A DNA stretch of 64,000 nt. Source: Bacteroidota bacterium (lineage in GTDB: Bacteria; Bacteroidota; Bacteroidia; JABDFU01). A model generated the notes under the pieces. That model was not told the DNA's origin, searched no databases, and saw only the letters and a list, made by a program, of their open reading frames with translations. This document shows positions 48,352 through 55,978 of the stretch, piece after piece. Each line of letters starts with the position of its first letter. The stretch's first letter is position 1. The position numbers were made by a program, and so were the translations under genes. The stretch lies in contig JABDFU010000005.1 in NCBI GenBank assembly GCA_013286385.1, forward strand, positions 8,651 to 72,650. The letters run 5' to 3'.

Positions 48352-48365
48352 GATTAGCTAATCGC
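48352..48365. repeat. Family A heptamers (GATTAGC TAATCGC) forming the palindrome GATTAGCTAATC between the convergent purF and DUF2480 genes
   Basis: gattagctaatc is a perfect 12-bp palindrome. It overlaps the DUF2480 stop codon (cta at 48358..48360). Confidence 0.6.
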
Positions 48366-48861
48366 TTCTCTTAAAAACCGGCACCGTCGAACACGGCTCC
48401 CCGTACATGATACTCCTGACCACAGGCCTCAGTATACGTGTAATCTCCACATAAGCCGACTCAGGCACAGGTAAATTCCCGCAACCCTTAATGACCACCC
48501 GCTTATCCTCAAAATCAGCAACACGAATTCCGGCAAGTGCTTCAGTAAACAAAACAGTCTCCAGCGTTTTCAGATCTCCGAAAACGATCCGCTTTGCAAA
48601 AGGCTCCAGCGCTGAAGCCATTAACATATATGCCCAGGTAGGCACCACCGCATCGGCGCTGCAATACAGCGCCACAAATTTATCTTTATACGTAGCCCAA
48701 TCCTCCCCCTTCACAAACTCCCTGAAATCTTTTTCCTTCAAAATCAAGCCCTGAAACAAATGATCCTTGATATCAAGCAACACCCGCTCGCCTTTGGGAT
48801 AATAATCCTCCAGGTTAAACTCCACCAATCCGCTTTGCGCAACCTTATTTGTTATTTCCAT
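48358..48861 (-). CDS. DUF2480-family protein (commonly suf-linked in Bacteroidota)
   Basis: 167 aa. From memory, LVEFNLEDYYPKG...ALYCSADAVVPTWAYML matches the DUF2480 family that sits next to suf operons. Confidence 0.65.
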   Translation of the reverse strand: MEITNKVAQSGLVEFNLEDYYPKGERVLLDIKDHLFQGLILKEKDFREFVKGEDWATYKDKFVALYCSADAVVPTWAYMLMASALEPFAKRIVFGDLKTLETVLFTEALAGIRVADFEDKRVVIKGCGNLPVPESAYVEITRILRPVVRSIMYGEPCSTVPVFKRSD

Positions 48862-48877
48862 TGTTCAAGTTCAACCC

Positions 48878-48905
48878 TAATCGCCAATGGCCATTCGTTA
48901 ATCGC
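48878..48905. repeat. Family A heptamer array (4 units) between the DUF59 gene and DUF2480
   Basis: ccc TAATCGC CAATGGC CATTCGT TAATCGC. It has the same flanks and organisation as the array at 3614..3641. Confidence 0.7.
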
Positions 48906-48909
48906 TCTT

Positions 48910-49239
48910 CTACATAAACCCCAATTCCACCTGTGCCACCTCACTCATCATCCCCTTCTCCCAGGGCGGTTCAAATGTAAGTTCAATCTTGGCTGATTTA
49001 ATCCCGGTAACACCCGCAAGCTTCTGCTCCACTTCCGGAGGCAGCGTTTCTGCAACCGGACACGAAGGCGACGTCAAGGTCATCCGCACCAGCAGATTAT
49101 TCTCATCATCCAGTCTAATTTCATAAATCAAACCCAGTTCCCAGATATCCACAGGAATCTCCGGATCGTAGCAGGTCTTGATCATATCGATCACCTGCTG
49201 GACAAGTTCTGTATTCTTTGCTGTTATAATCGCCGGCAT
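48910..49239 (-). CDS. DUF59/SufT-like Fe-S assembly protein
   Basis: 109 aa. YDPEIPVDIWELGLIY and LTSPSCPVAETL are typical of the DUF59 (MIP18/SufT) family. Confidence 0.8.
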   Translation of the reverse strand: MPAIITAKNTELVQQVIDMIKTCYDPEIPVDIWELGLIYEIRLDDENNLLVRMTLTSPSCPVAETLPPEVEQKLAGVTGIKSAKIELTFEPPWEKGMMSEVAQVELGFM

Positions 49240-49250
49240 ATACTAACAAT

Positions 49251-49304
49251 TTCTAAACTTTTAAACTCCTCATCTTTCAAACTTTAGACTTCAGACTTAA
49301 ACTG
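49251..49304. repeat. Degenerate heptamer repeats, family B (TTARACT-like), spanning the spacer and the 3' end of sufE
   Basis: ttctaaact tttaaact cctcatctt TCAAACT TTAGACT TCAGACT TAAACTG. The last four units (49277..49304) encode the SufE C-terminal residues LSLSLKSKV and the stop. Confidence 0.65.
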
Positions 49305-49705
49305 AGAGCATCCATTTTCATTTGTTTAATCATACTCAAAAGTCCGTTCGCCCTGGTCGGAGACAAATGTGCTGTCAAACCAATGCGATCAATAAACCCC
49401 ATATCCGCTTCAATAATTTCCTGCGGACTGTGATCGCCCAAAACCCTCACAATCAAAGCCACCAGCCCCTTTGTAATAATCGCGTCGCTGTCCGCAGTAT
49501 AAAAAACCCTCCCGTTTTTCAATTCCGACTGCAACCAAACCTTACTCTGACAGCCCTTAATCAACCGGCCTTCAGTCTTCAGTTCATCAGCTATTATCCG
49601 AAGCGACTTCCCCAGATCAATCAGATGCTCATATTTCCCTTCCCAATCCTCGCCGAAAAGTGCAAACTCCTCAACAATCTCCTCCTCAATTTCTTTAATC
49701 TTCAT
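49277..49705 (-). CDS. sufE: Cysteine desulfuration protein SufE
   Basis: The track ORF begins at a TTG (49723); the ATG at 49705 (MKIKEIEEEIVEEFALF) is more plausible. The conserved GCQSKVW active-site region is present. Confidence 0.85.
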   Translation of the reverse strand: MKIKEIEEEIVEEFALFGEDWEGKYEHLIDLGKSLRIIADELKTEGRLIKGCQSKVWLQSELKNGRVFYTADSDAIITKGLVALIVRVLGDHSPQEIIEADMGFIDRIGLTAHLSPTRANGLLSMIKQMKMDALSLSLKSKV

Positions 49706-49740
49706 CTTACAAACTTCATTCAAAAATAGTCCTGATCAAA

Positions 49741-50973
49741 TCACGACCTCAACATTTTCAAAGCCTTAATCACCCCGTCAACCAACTTATCCACCTCCTC
49801 AAACGTATTGTAAAAAGCAAAAGAAGCCCTCACCGTCCCCGAAATCCCGAATCGCTCCATCAGCGGCTGGGTGCAATGATGTCCAGTCCGCACCGCAATC
49901 CCCTGCTGATCCAGAATCGTTCCGATATCCAGGGCATGCAGTCCATCCACCACAAAAGAAATCACGGCCGCTTTATATGCGGCCGCCCCGATGATACGCA
50001 AACCCCCAATGGCCGATAATTTTTCAGTGGCATACCTCAGCAATTCCTGCTCATAAGCTCCGGCCAGATCCAACCCAACCGAATTTAAATAGTCAATTGC
50101 GACTCCCAAACCAATCCCTCCCTCTATATGAGGAGTCCCGGCTTCAAATTTCAGAGGCAATTCAGCGTATTCAGTTCCCGAAAAACGCACAGTCTTAATA
50201 GTCCCGCCTCCCACCTGATAAGGCGGCAATTCCTTAAGCCATTTTTCTTTCCCGTACAAAACCCCAATTCCGGTTGGCCCATACAATTTATGTCCGCTGA
50301 AACAGTAAAAATCACAATCCATCGCAACCACATTCACCTTCATATGCGGTACAGCCTGGGCCCCATCGATCAGCACAGCGGCTCCTGCAGCATGTGCAAG
50401 CGCTATCATTTCTGTTACCGGATTGACAGTACCCAACGTGTTTGAAACCTGTGTCAAGGCCAGCAATTTTGTTTTGGGGCCAAGCAATTTTTTAAACGCC
50501 TCCAGATCAAGTTCTCCCTTATCAAGCTCCCCCTTATCCTTAAGCGGAATCACCTTCAGCACCGCTCCCCGCTCCTGACACAAAACCTGCCAGGGCAAAA
50601 TATTGCTGTGATGCTCCATTTCTGAAACCAGAAGCTCATCGCCCTTATTCACAAATTTTTTTCCGAACGAACTTGCCACCAGATTTATTGAAGCCGTGGT
50701 GCCAGCAGTAAAAACAATCTCATGTGCGTACCGCGCACCAATAAATTGCTGAACCACAACCCTGGCCTTTTCAAATGCAACCGTACTCTCCTGGCTCAGC
50801 CGGTATACGCCCCTGTGAATATTTGCATTTTGCTTAAGGTAATAATCCGACAAAGCCTTCAATACCACTGTCGGCTTCTGGGCCGTTGCGGCGCTGTCCA
50901 GGTAAACAAGAGGTTTACCGTTCATCGTCCCTGAAAGAATAGGAAAATCTTTATTTTTTGATGTCAAAATCAA
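49741..50973 (-). CDS. sufS: Cysteine desulfurase SufS
   Basis: 410 aa. Motifs: DFPIL, YLDSAATAQKP, FSGHKLYGPTGIG (PLP lysine), RTGHHCTQP. The TTG start overlaps the sufD 3' end. Contains an in-frame 15-bp imperfect duplication (KGELDKGELD, 50506..50535). Confidence 0.9.
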   Translation of the reverse strand: MILTSKNKDFPILSGTMNGKPLVYLDSAATAQKPTVVLKALSDYYLKQNANIHRGVYRLSQESTVAFEKARVVVQQFIGARYAHEIVFTAGTTASINLVASSFGKKFVNKGDELLVSEMEHHSNILPWQVLCQERGAVLKVIPLKDKGELDKGELDLEAFKKLLGPKTKLLALTQVSNTLGTVNPVTEMIALAHAAGAAVLIDGAQAVPHMKVNVVAMDCDFYCFSGHKLYGPTGIGVLYGKEKWLKELPPYQVGGGTIKTVRFSGTEYAELPLKFEAGTPHIEGGIGLGVAIDYLNSVGLDLAGAYEQELLRYATEKLSAIGGLRIIGAAAYKAAVISFVVDGLHALDIGTILDQQGIAVRTGHHCTQPLMERFGISGTVRASFAFYNTFEEVDKLVDGVIKALKMLRS

Positions 50974-52306
50974 GTTGTTTTGAAATCAGATCGTTGGCAT
51001 ACGCACGTAAGGGTTCAATTCTGATGGTATCCACGACGTCCGAAGCAAAAGCATAAAGCAACATTCGTTTGGCGCTCTCCTCACTCAACCCTCTCGAACG
51101 CAGATAAAACATCGCCTCCTCATCCAGATGACCCGTCGACGACCCATGCGAACACTTCACATCATTCGCATAAATCTCCAGCTGTGGCTTGGTATTTACC
51201 GTAGCATCATCGCTCAGCAAAATTGTTTTCGAACTCTGGTAAGCGTTTATTTTCTGAGCATCCCTGCGAACAAAAATCTTTCCGTTAAAAACTCCGGTCG
51301 ATTTATCCGCCAGAATCCCCTTATACAATTGATTGCTTTCACAATTAGGTTTGCGCTGATCCACCAGTGTATGGTTGTCCACATGCTGAATCCCCCTTGT
51401 AATGTACAGTCCGTTCAGATGCGTTTCACAGCGCTCGGCGTCCACCACAATATTCAGGTTGTTGCGCATCCAGTCCCCGCTCAGGGTAATCGTATGCGTA
51501 TCAAAATGCGAAGATGCTTTCTGCAAGACCTGCACGGTCGATATCAGGTTCAAGCCCTCACAATCCTGCTGCATCCGGTAAAACCTCAGCCTGCTCTGCT
51601 CGTCCAGTATCAGTTCGCTGAGTTCATTTACCACATTCCGTCCCACATTTACTTCTTCCGATACAACAACAGTCGACTCCACCACATCAACCTCCGCACT
51701 CCTCTCCAACAAAATCAGGTTCCGTTTGTTCAACAATGCCGATGCTTCATCTGTAATCACATTCAAAATATGTATCGTTTTCCCAACAGTAACACCTTCC
51801 GCAACCCGCATAAAAAGTCCATCCCCGGCATACGCCGTATTCAGCGCAATAAAAGGGTCCGCCTCCACATCCGCATACTTCGAAAAATGCTTCTCCAGCA
51901 AAGAGCGATAATCCGTCAGCGCCCCGGCCAGAGAACAAATCAAAACCCCTTCAGGCATATCCGGCAAAGCCGACAATTCCTGTATGTAAACTCCGTTAAC
52001 CAGTACAACCCTGTTCTCGCTCACGCCTTTAATTTCAAATGCCTGAAGCGCCTTGTCAAGTTTTTTTAAATCCAACACAGACGGTTTCTTCTCCAACCCC
52101 GAAACATTGAAATTCACACTTTCCAACCCTAAACTTTCTGGCTTTATACTTGCTCCCCTGAATAACTTCTCCGGATTCGAATACTTATACTCCTCGCTCT
52201 TTCTTCCCGGCAAACCCTGCTTCAAAAAAGCGTCCATGGCCCTTTTGCGAAGAGGCCCCAAAAAGCCCATGGCTAACTCTTGTTCTATTTTCACTTTATT
52301 ATTCAC
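50951..52306 (-). CDS. sufD: Fe-S cluster assembly protein SufD
   Basis: 451 aa, with a SufD beta-helix C-terminal region (NGKIFVRRDAQKINAYQSSKTILLSDDA, EIYANDVKCSHGSSTG). The start is either GTG 52306 or ATG 52270. Confidence 0.88.
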   Translation of the reverse strand: MNNKVKIEQELAMGFLGPLRKRAMDAFLKQGLPGRKSEEYKYSNPEKLFRGASIKPESLGLESVNFNVSGLEKKPSVLDLKKLDKALQAFEIKGVSENRVVLVNGVYIQELSALPDMPEGVLICSLAGALTDYRSLLEKHFSKYADVEADPFIALNTAYAGDGLFMRVAEGVTVGKTIHILNVITDEASALLNKRNLILLERSAEVDVVESTVVVSEEVNVGRNVVNELSELILDEQSRLRFYRMQQDCEGLNLISTVQVLQKASSHFDTHTITLSGDWMRNNLNIVVDAERCETHLNGLYITRGIQHVDNHTLVDQRKPNCESNQLYKGILADKSTGVFNGKIFVRRDAQKINAYQSSKTILLSDDATVNTKPQLEIYANDVKCSHGSSTGHLDEEAMFYLRSRGLSEESAKRMLLYAFASDVVDTIRIEPLRAYANDLISKQLDFDIKK

Positions 52307-52336
52307 TTCCCTAATCTTTCTAAATAATACTCCCCG

Positions 52337-52397
52337 TAATGGCTAATGGGCTACCTGCCGGCAGGCAGGCAGGCAGGCAGGCAGGTTCGCTAATCGC
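52337..52397. repeat. Composite sufC-sufD spacer: family A heptamers flanking a (GGCA)6 microsatellite
   Basis: TAATGGC TAATGGG (52337..52350), then ctaCCTGCC|GGCAGG followed by GGCA repeats to about 52385, then GGTTCGC TAATCGC (52384..52397), ending at the sufC stop. Confidence 0.8.
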
Positions 52398-53138
52398 TTA
52401 CCTCGTTAACTCCCCATACCCCTTCTTCTCCAATTCCATCGCCAGCTCCTTATCCCCCGACTTCACTATCCTTCCCTCAAAAAGCACATGAACAAAATCA
52501 GGCACAATATAATCCAGCAAACGCTGATAATGGGTAATCACCACAAATGAACGCGTCGAAGAACGCAGCTTATTCACTCCGTTTGCAACCACCCGAAGCG
52601 CATCGATATCAAGACCCGAATCTGTCTCATCCAATATAGCGAGCGTAGGTTCCAGCATAGCCATCTGAAAAATCTCATTGCGTTTCTTTTCTCCACCCGA
52701 AAATCCCTCGTTCACTGCCCGGCTCGCAAGGCTTCCCTTGAGTTCCACCAAAGCCTGTTTCTCCTTAACCATTTTCAGAAAATCCTTTGCCTCCAGCGCA
52801 GGCAAGCCCTTGTATTCCCGAATCTCCGCAATAGCCGTCTTCAAAAAATTAATCGTACTCACACCCGGAATCTCCACCGGATACTGAAATGCCAGAAACA
52901 AACCTTCCCGTGCCCTCTCTTCCGGATTAAGCTCCAGCAGATTTTTTCCGTTAAACAAAACCTCACCACCAGTCACCTCATAATCCGTACGACCCGCCAA
53001 AACCGAACTCAGCGTACTCTTACCCGAACCATTAGGGCCCATAATTGCGTGCACCTCACCGGCCCCGATCTCCAGATTAATTCCCTTCAGAATCTCCTTC
53101 CCATCGATTCCGGCTTTCAGATTTTTTATACTCAGCAT
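52398..53138 (-). CDS. sufC: Fe-S cluster assembly ATPase SufC
   Basis: 246 aa. Walker A GPNGSGKST, ABC signature FSGGEKKRNEI, Walker B LAILDETDSGLD. Confidence 0.95.
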   Translation of the reverse strand: MLSIKNLKAGIDGKEILKGINLEIGAGEVHAIMGPNGSGKSTLSSVLAGRTDYEVTGGEVLFNGKNLLELNPEERAREGLFLAFQYPVEIPGVSTINFLKTAIAEIREYKGLPALEAKDFLKMVKEKQALVELKGSLASRAVNEGFSGGEKKRNEIFQMAMLEPTLAILDETDSGLDIDALRVVANGVNKLRSSTRSFVVITHYQRLLDYIVPDFVHVLFEGRIVKSGDKELAMELEKKGYGELTR

Positions 53139-53171
53139 AGTTGTACTCTTTATTTCTTAAACCTCATCCAC

Positions 53172-54632
53172 TCAACCTACAGACCCCTCAAGGGAAACCG
53201 CCAATAATTTCTGGGCCTCCACCGCAAACTCCATCGGCAACTGATTCAGCACCTCTTTGCAATATCCGTTTACAATCAACCCGATCGCTTTCTCCGTACT
53301 GATTCCACGCTGATTGCAGTAAAAAACCTGATCCTCTCCGATCTTAGAAGTAGTCGCCTCGTGTTCCACAATCGCGCTCTTGTCCTTGATTTCGATATAC
53401 GGAAACGTATGCGCTCCGCACCGGTCACCCATCAGCAGCGAATCGCACTGAGAATGATTCCTCGCCCGCGTTGCGCCTTTATTGATGCGCACCAGCCCGC
53501 GATAGGAGTTGTTGCTCTTGCCAGCCGAAATGCCCTTCGACACAATCGTGCTCCGGGTATTCTTCCCGATATGAATCATCTTTGTTCCCGTATCGGCCTG
53601 CTGCATATTATTGGTAACGGCCACCGAATAAAACTCACCCACCGAATTATTTCCTTTCAGAATCACCGAAGGATACTTCCAGGTAATCGCAGATCCTGTT
53701 TCAACCTGCGTCCAGGAAATCTTAGAATCGTCTCCAAGACAAATCCCCCTTTTGGTAACAAAGTTATAGATGCCACCCTTTCCGTTCACATCACCGGGAT
53801 ACCAGTTCTGCACCGTACTGTATTTCACTTCGGCCTTTTCATGGGCCACAATCTCCACAATCGCTGCATGCAACTGATTCTCATCCCGCATAGGGGCTGT
53901 ACAGCCCTCCAGGTAACTCACATAAGCACCTTCATCGGCAACAATCAGTGTACGCTCAAACTGTCCGGTTCCTATGGCATTGATCCTGAAATAAGTCGAA
54001 AGCTCCATCGGGCAGCGAACACCCTTGGGTATATAGCAAAAGGAACCGTCACTGAACACCGCCGAATTCAAAGCCGCGAAATAATTATCCGTACCTGGCA
54101 CCACAGAACCCATATAGCGTTTGATCAGATCCGGGTGTTCCTGCACCGCATCACTGAACGAACAAAAAATAATTCCCTTTTCGGCCAGGGTCTCCTTAAA
54201 CGTAGTCTTAACCGATACACTATCAATAACCGCATCGACTGCGATGCGGCTTTCCACACCACTCAGCCGTTTTTGCTCCTCCAGCGAAATCCCCAGTTTT
54301 TCAAACGTCTTCAGCAGCTCCGGATCTACCTCATCCAGGCTCTTCAGTTCCTTTTTGGGTTTGGGCGCCGCATAAAAAATAATTTTCTGAAAATCGATCA
54401 CAGGATAATCCAGATGCGCCCAATGCTTGGGCTCTTCCATCTTCAGCCAATGCCGGTAGGCCTTCAGCCTGAACTCCAGCATCCAGTCGGGTTCCTTTTT
54501 TTTCTTAGAAATAAATCGTACGATCTCCTCGCTCAGCCCCATAGGAGCTGTATCCATCTCAATATCGCTGCTCCAGCCGTATTTGTACTCGCCCCCGATC
54601 TGCTGATCAATTAGTTCATTCTGCTTTTGCAT
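53172..54632 (-). CDS. sufB: Fe-S cluster assembly scaffold SufB
   Basis: 486 aa and highly conserved SufB sequence ([45 protein letters not shown]). Confidence 0.95.
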   Translation of the reverse strand: MQKQNELIDQQIGGEYKYGWSSDIEMDTAPMGLSEEIVRFISKKKKEPDWMLEFRLKAYRHWLKMEEPKHWAHLDYPVIDFQKIIFYAAPKPKKELKSLDEVDPELLKTFEKLGISLEEQKRLSGVESRIAVDAVIDSVSVKTTFKETLAEKGIIFCSFSDAVQEHPDLIKRYMGSVVPGTDNYFAALNSAVFSDGSFCYIPKGVRCPMELSTYFRINAIGTGQFERTLIVADEGAYVSYLEGCTAPMRDENQLHAAIVEIVAHEKAEVKYSTVQNWYPGDVNGKGGIYNFVTKRGICLGDDSKISWTQVETGSAITWKYPSVILKGNNSVGEFYSVAVTNNMQQADTGTKMIHIGKNTRSTIVSKGISAGKSNNSYRGLVRINKGATRARNHSQCDSLLMGDRCGAHTFPYIEIKDKSAIVEHEATTSKIGEDQVFYCNQRGISTEKAIGLIVNGYCKEVLNQLPMEFAVEAQKLLAVSLEGSVG

Positions 54633-54648
54633 ATTTTTAGTTCCTCCC

Positions 54649-54662
54649 TATTCGCTAGTCGC
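54649..54662. repeat. Family A heptamers (TATTCGC TAGTCGC) in the sufA-sufB spacer
   Basis: Two tandem units, with the second running into the sufA stop codon (cta at 54662..54664). Confidence 0.5.
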
Positions 54663-54988
54663 TAAACTGAAAATGATTCCCCGCATCCGCATGTGCGGCT
54701 CGCGTTCGGATTCACAAACACAAAACCCTTCCCGTTCAGTCCCCCTGAATAATCCAGCTCTGTCCCGATCAGATACAGGAAACTTTTCTTGTCGACAACA
54801 ATTTTAACACCTTTGTCCTCGAATTGCTGGTCGCCAGGCTTCAGAACATTATCAAACTCCAGCTTATACGAAAGACCAGAACAACCACCGCCCTCGACGC
54901 CCACTCTGATAAACGAACCTTCAGGTCTGTTCTCCTCTTTCATCAGAAGAACCGCCCTTTCCTTTGCTTGTTCAGTTACTGTTATCAT
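54662..54988 (-). CDS. sufA: A-type Fe-S cluster carrier (IscA/SufA/ErpA family)
   Basis: 108 aa. GGCSGLSY and C-terminal CGCGESF motifs. Confidence 0.9.
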   Translation of the reverse strand: MITVTEQAKERAVLLMKEENRPEGSFIRVGVEGGGCSGLSYKLEFDNVLKPGDQQFEDKGVKIVVDKKSFLYLIGTELDYSGGLNGKGFVFVNPNASRTCGCGESFSV

Positions 54989-54996
54989 ATTACAAA

Positions 54997-55013
54997 ATAT
55001 TGATTGTCAATAT
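54997..55013. promoter_or_regulatory. 7-3-7 palindrome just upstream of the suf operon start (operator candidate)
   Basis: ATATTGA-ttg-TCAATAT, with perfect arms, 9 nt upstream of the sufA ATG on the minus strand. Confidence 0.4.
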
Positions 55014-55145
55014 ATTAATCATAAATTAATTCGCCGCTCCGCAACTCATTCACCTGCTATTCTTATTTAGACCAATTCTAAATACTACACAAAACTACCT
55101 AAAATCAGGTATATCCACAAGTAATAATCTGAAAATCCCAAAAAC

Positions 55146-55195
55146 CAGAACTTTAAACTTTAAACTTTAGACTTTTAAACTTTAGACTTAACTAT
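55146..55195. repeat. Family B heptamer tandem array (TTARACT-like) upstream of the FkbM gene
   Basis: cagaact ttaaact ttaaact ttagact t ttaaact ttagact taactat. It shares the string aaactttagactt with the sufE 3' end. Confidence 0.7.
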
Positions 55196-55200
55196 ATTTG
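55193..55200 (+). promoter_or_regulatory. Candidate -7 box (TATATTTG) for the FkbM / GT-C-like pair
   Basis: Exact TAnnTTTG match, with 7 nt between its G and the ATG at 55208. Confidence 0.4.
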
Positions 55201-55207
55201 CCCTAAT

Positions 55208-55978
55208 ATGGTCACAACAAACAAGATAGCCCAGAGGTTTTCGATTCATCTGGGCAACCTTCTCTTCCGTAATTTTTTTCCCCTCTACAATGTCCTGTAT
55301 CCCCGTTTTAAAAACCGCCAGGACGCAGATGAGATTGCGTTTTTAAAAAAATCAATTCACAAAGACGACGTAATTCTCGACATCGGCGCCAACATCGGTT
55401 TTTACAGCAAAATTCTGGCATCACTTACCGGCCCCGGAGGCAAAGTCTTTTGCTTCGAACCCGATGCGGTTAACTACAAGTACCTGCTGAGCAATACAAA
55501 AGGCCATACCAATATACTCCCCATAAACAAAGCAGTCGCCGAAAGCACAAAAACCCTTAAGCTGTACACTTCAAAACTACTAAACGTAGATCACCGCACG
55601 TACAAAGTAGATGAATTCGAAAACGAAATCTCCATTCCAGCAACTTCCATAGACGACTTCACTGCAGACCAGCCAAAAGTCGATTTCATCAAAATGGACA
55701 TACAGGGATTCGAACTTTCTGCCTTGAAAGGCATGGTTAAAACGATTCAAAAAAATCCAGGGCTCAAAATGCTGACAGAACTATGGCCCTATGGTCTGCG
55801 GAAATCCGGTACCAGCTGCAACGAATTTGTACAATTCATCCGGACCCAGGGACTCCTGGTATTCGAAATGCAAAAACAAAACCCAGTACCAATAGACGAC
55901 AAAAGAATTGCAGAAATAGAAAACGCCGGATTTGAATTCGGAATCAATATCTTTATTGGCCGTGAAAAAACAAACTAA
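55208..55978 (+). CDS. FkbM-family SAM-dependent methyltransferase
   Basis: 256 aa. ILDIGANIGFYS, FCFEPD and DFIKMDIQGFELSALKG are typical of Methyltransf_21/FkbM. Confidence 0.8.
   Translation: MVTTNKIAQRFSIHLGNLLFRNFFPLYNVLYPRFKNRQDADEIAFLKKSIHKDDVILDIGANIGFYSKILASLTGPGGKVFCFEPDAVNYKYLLSNTKGHTNILPINKAVAESTKTLKLYTSKLLNVDHRTYKVDEFENEISIPATSIDDFTADQPKVDFIKMDIQGFELSALKGMVKTIQKNPGLKMLTELWPYGLRKSGTSCNEFVQFIRTQGLLVFEMQKQNPVPIDDKRIAEIENAGFEFGINIFIGREKTN

Noticed and set aside
53361-54614. 417-aa ORF on the plus strand, antisense to sufB. Similar long antisense ORFs lie at 51128..52069 (opposite sufD), 1277..2209, 4041..4709, 5599..6318, 6871..7638 and 61000..61620.
   Set aside because: Each lies entirely inside a well-supported conserved gene on the other strand. 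The translations are low-complexity (rich in R, H, Q, I, N) with no recognisable motifs. Long stop-free antisense frames are a known by-product of codon bias in the sense gene.
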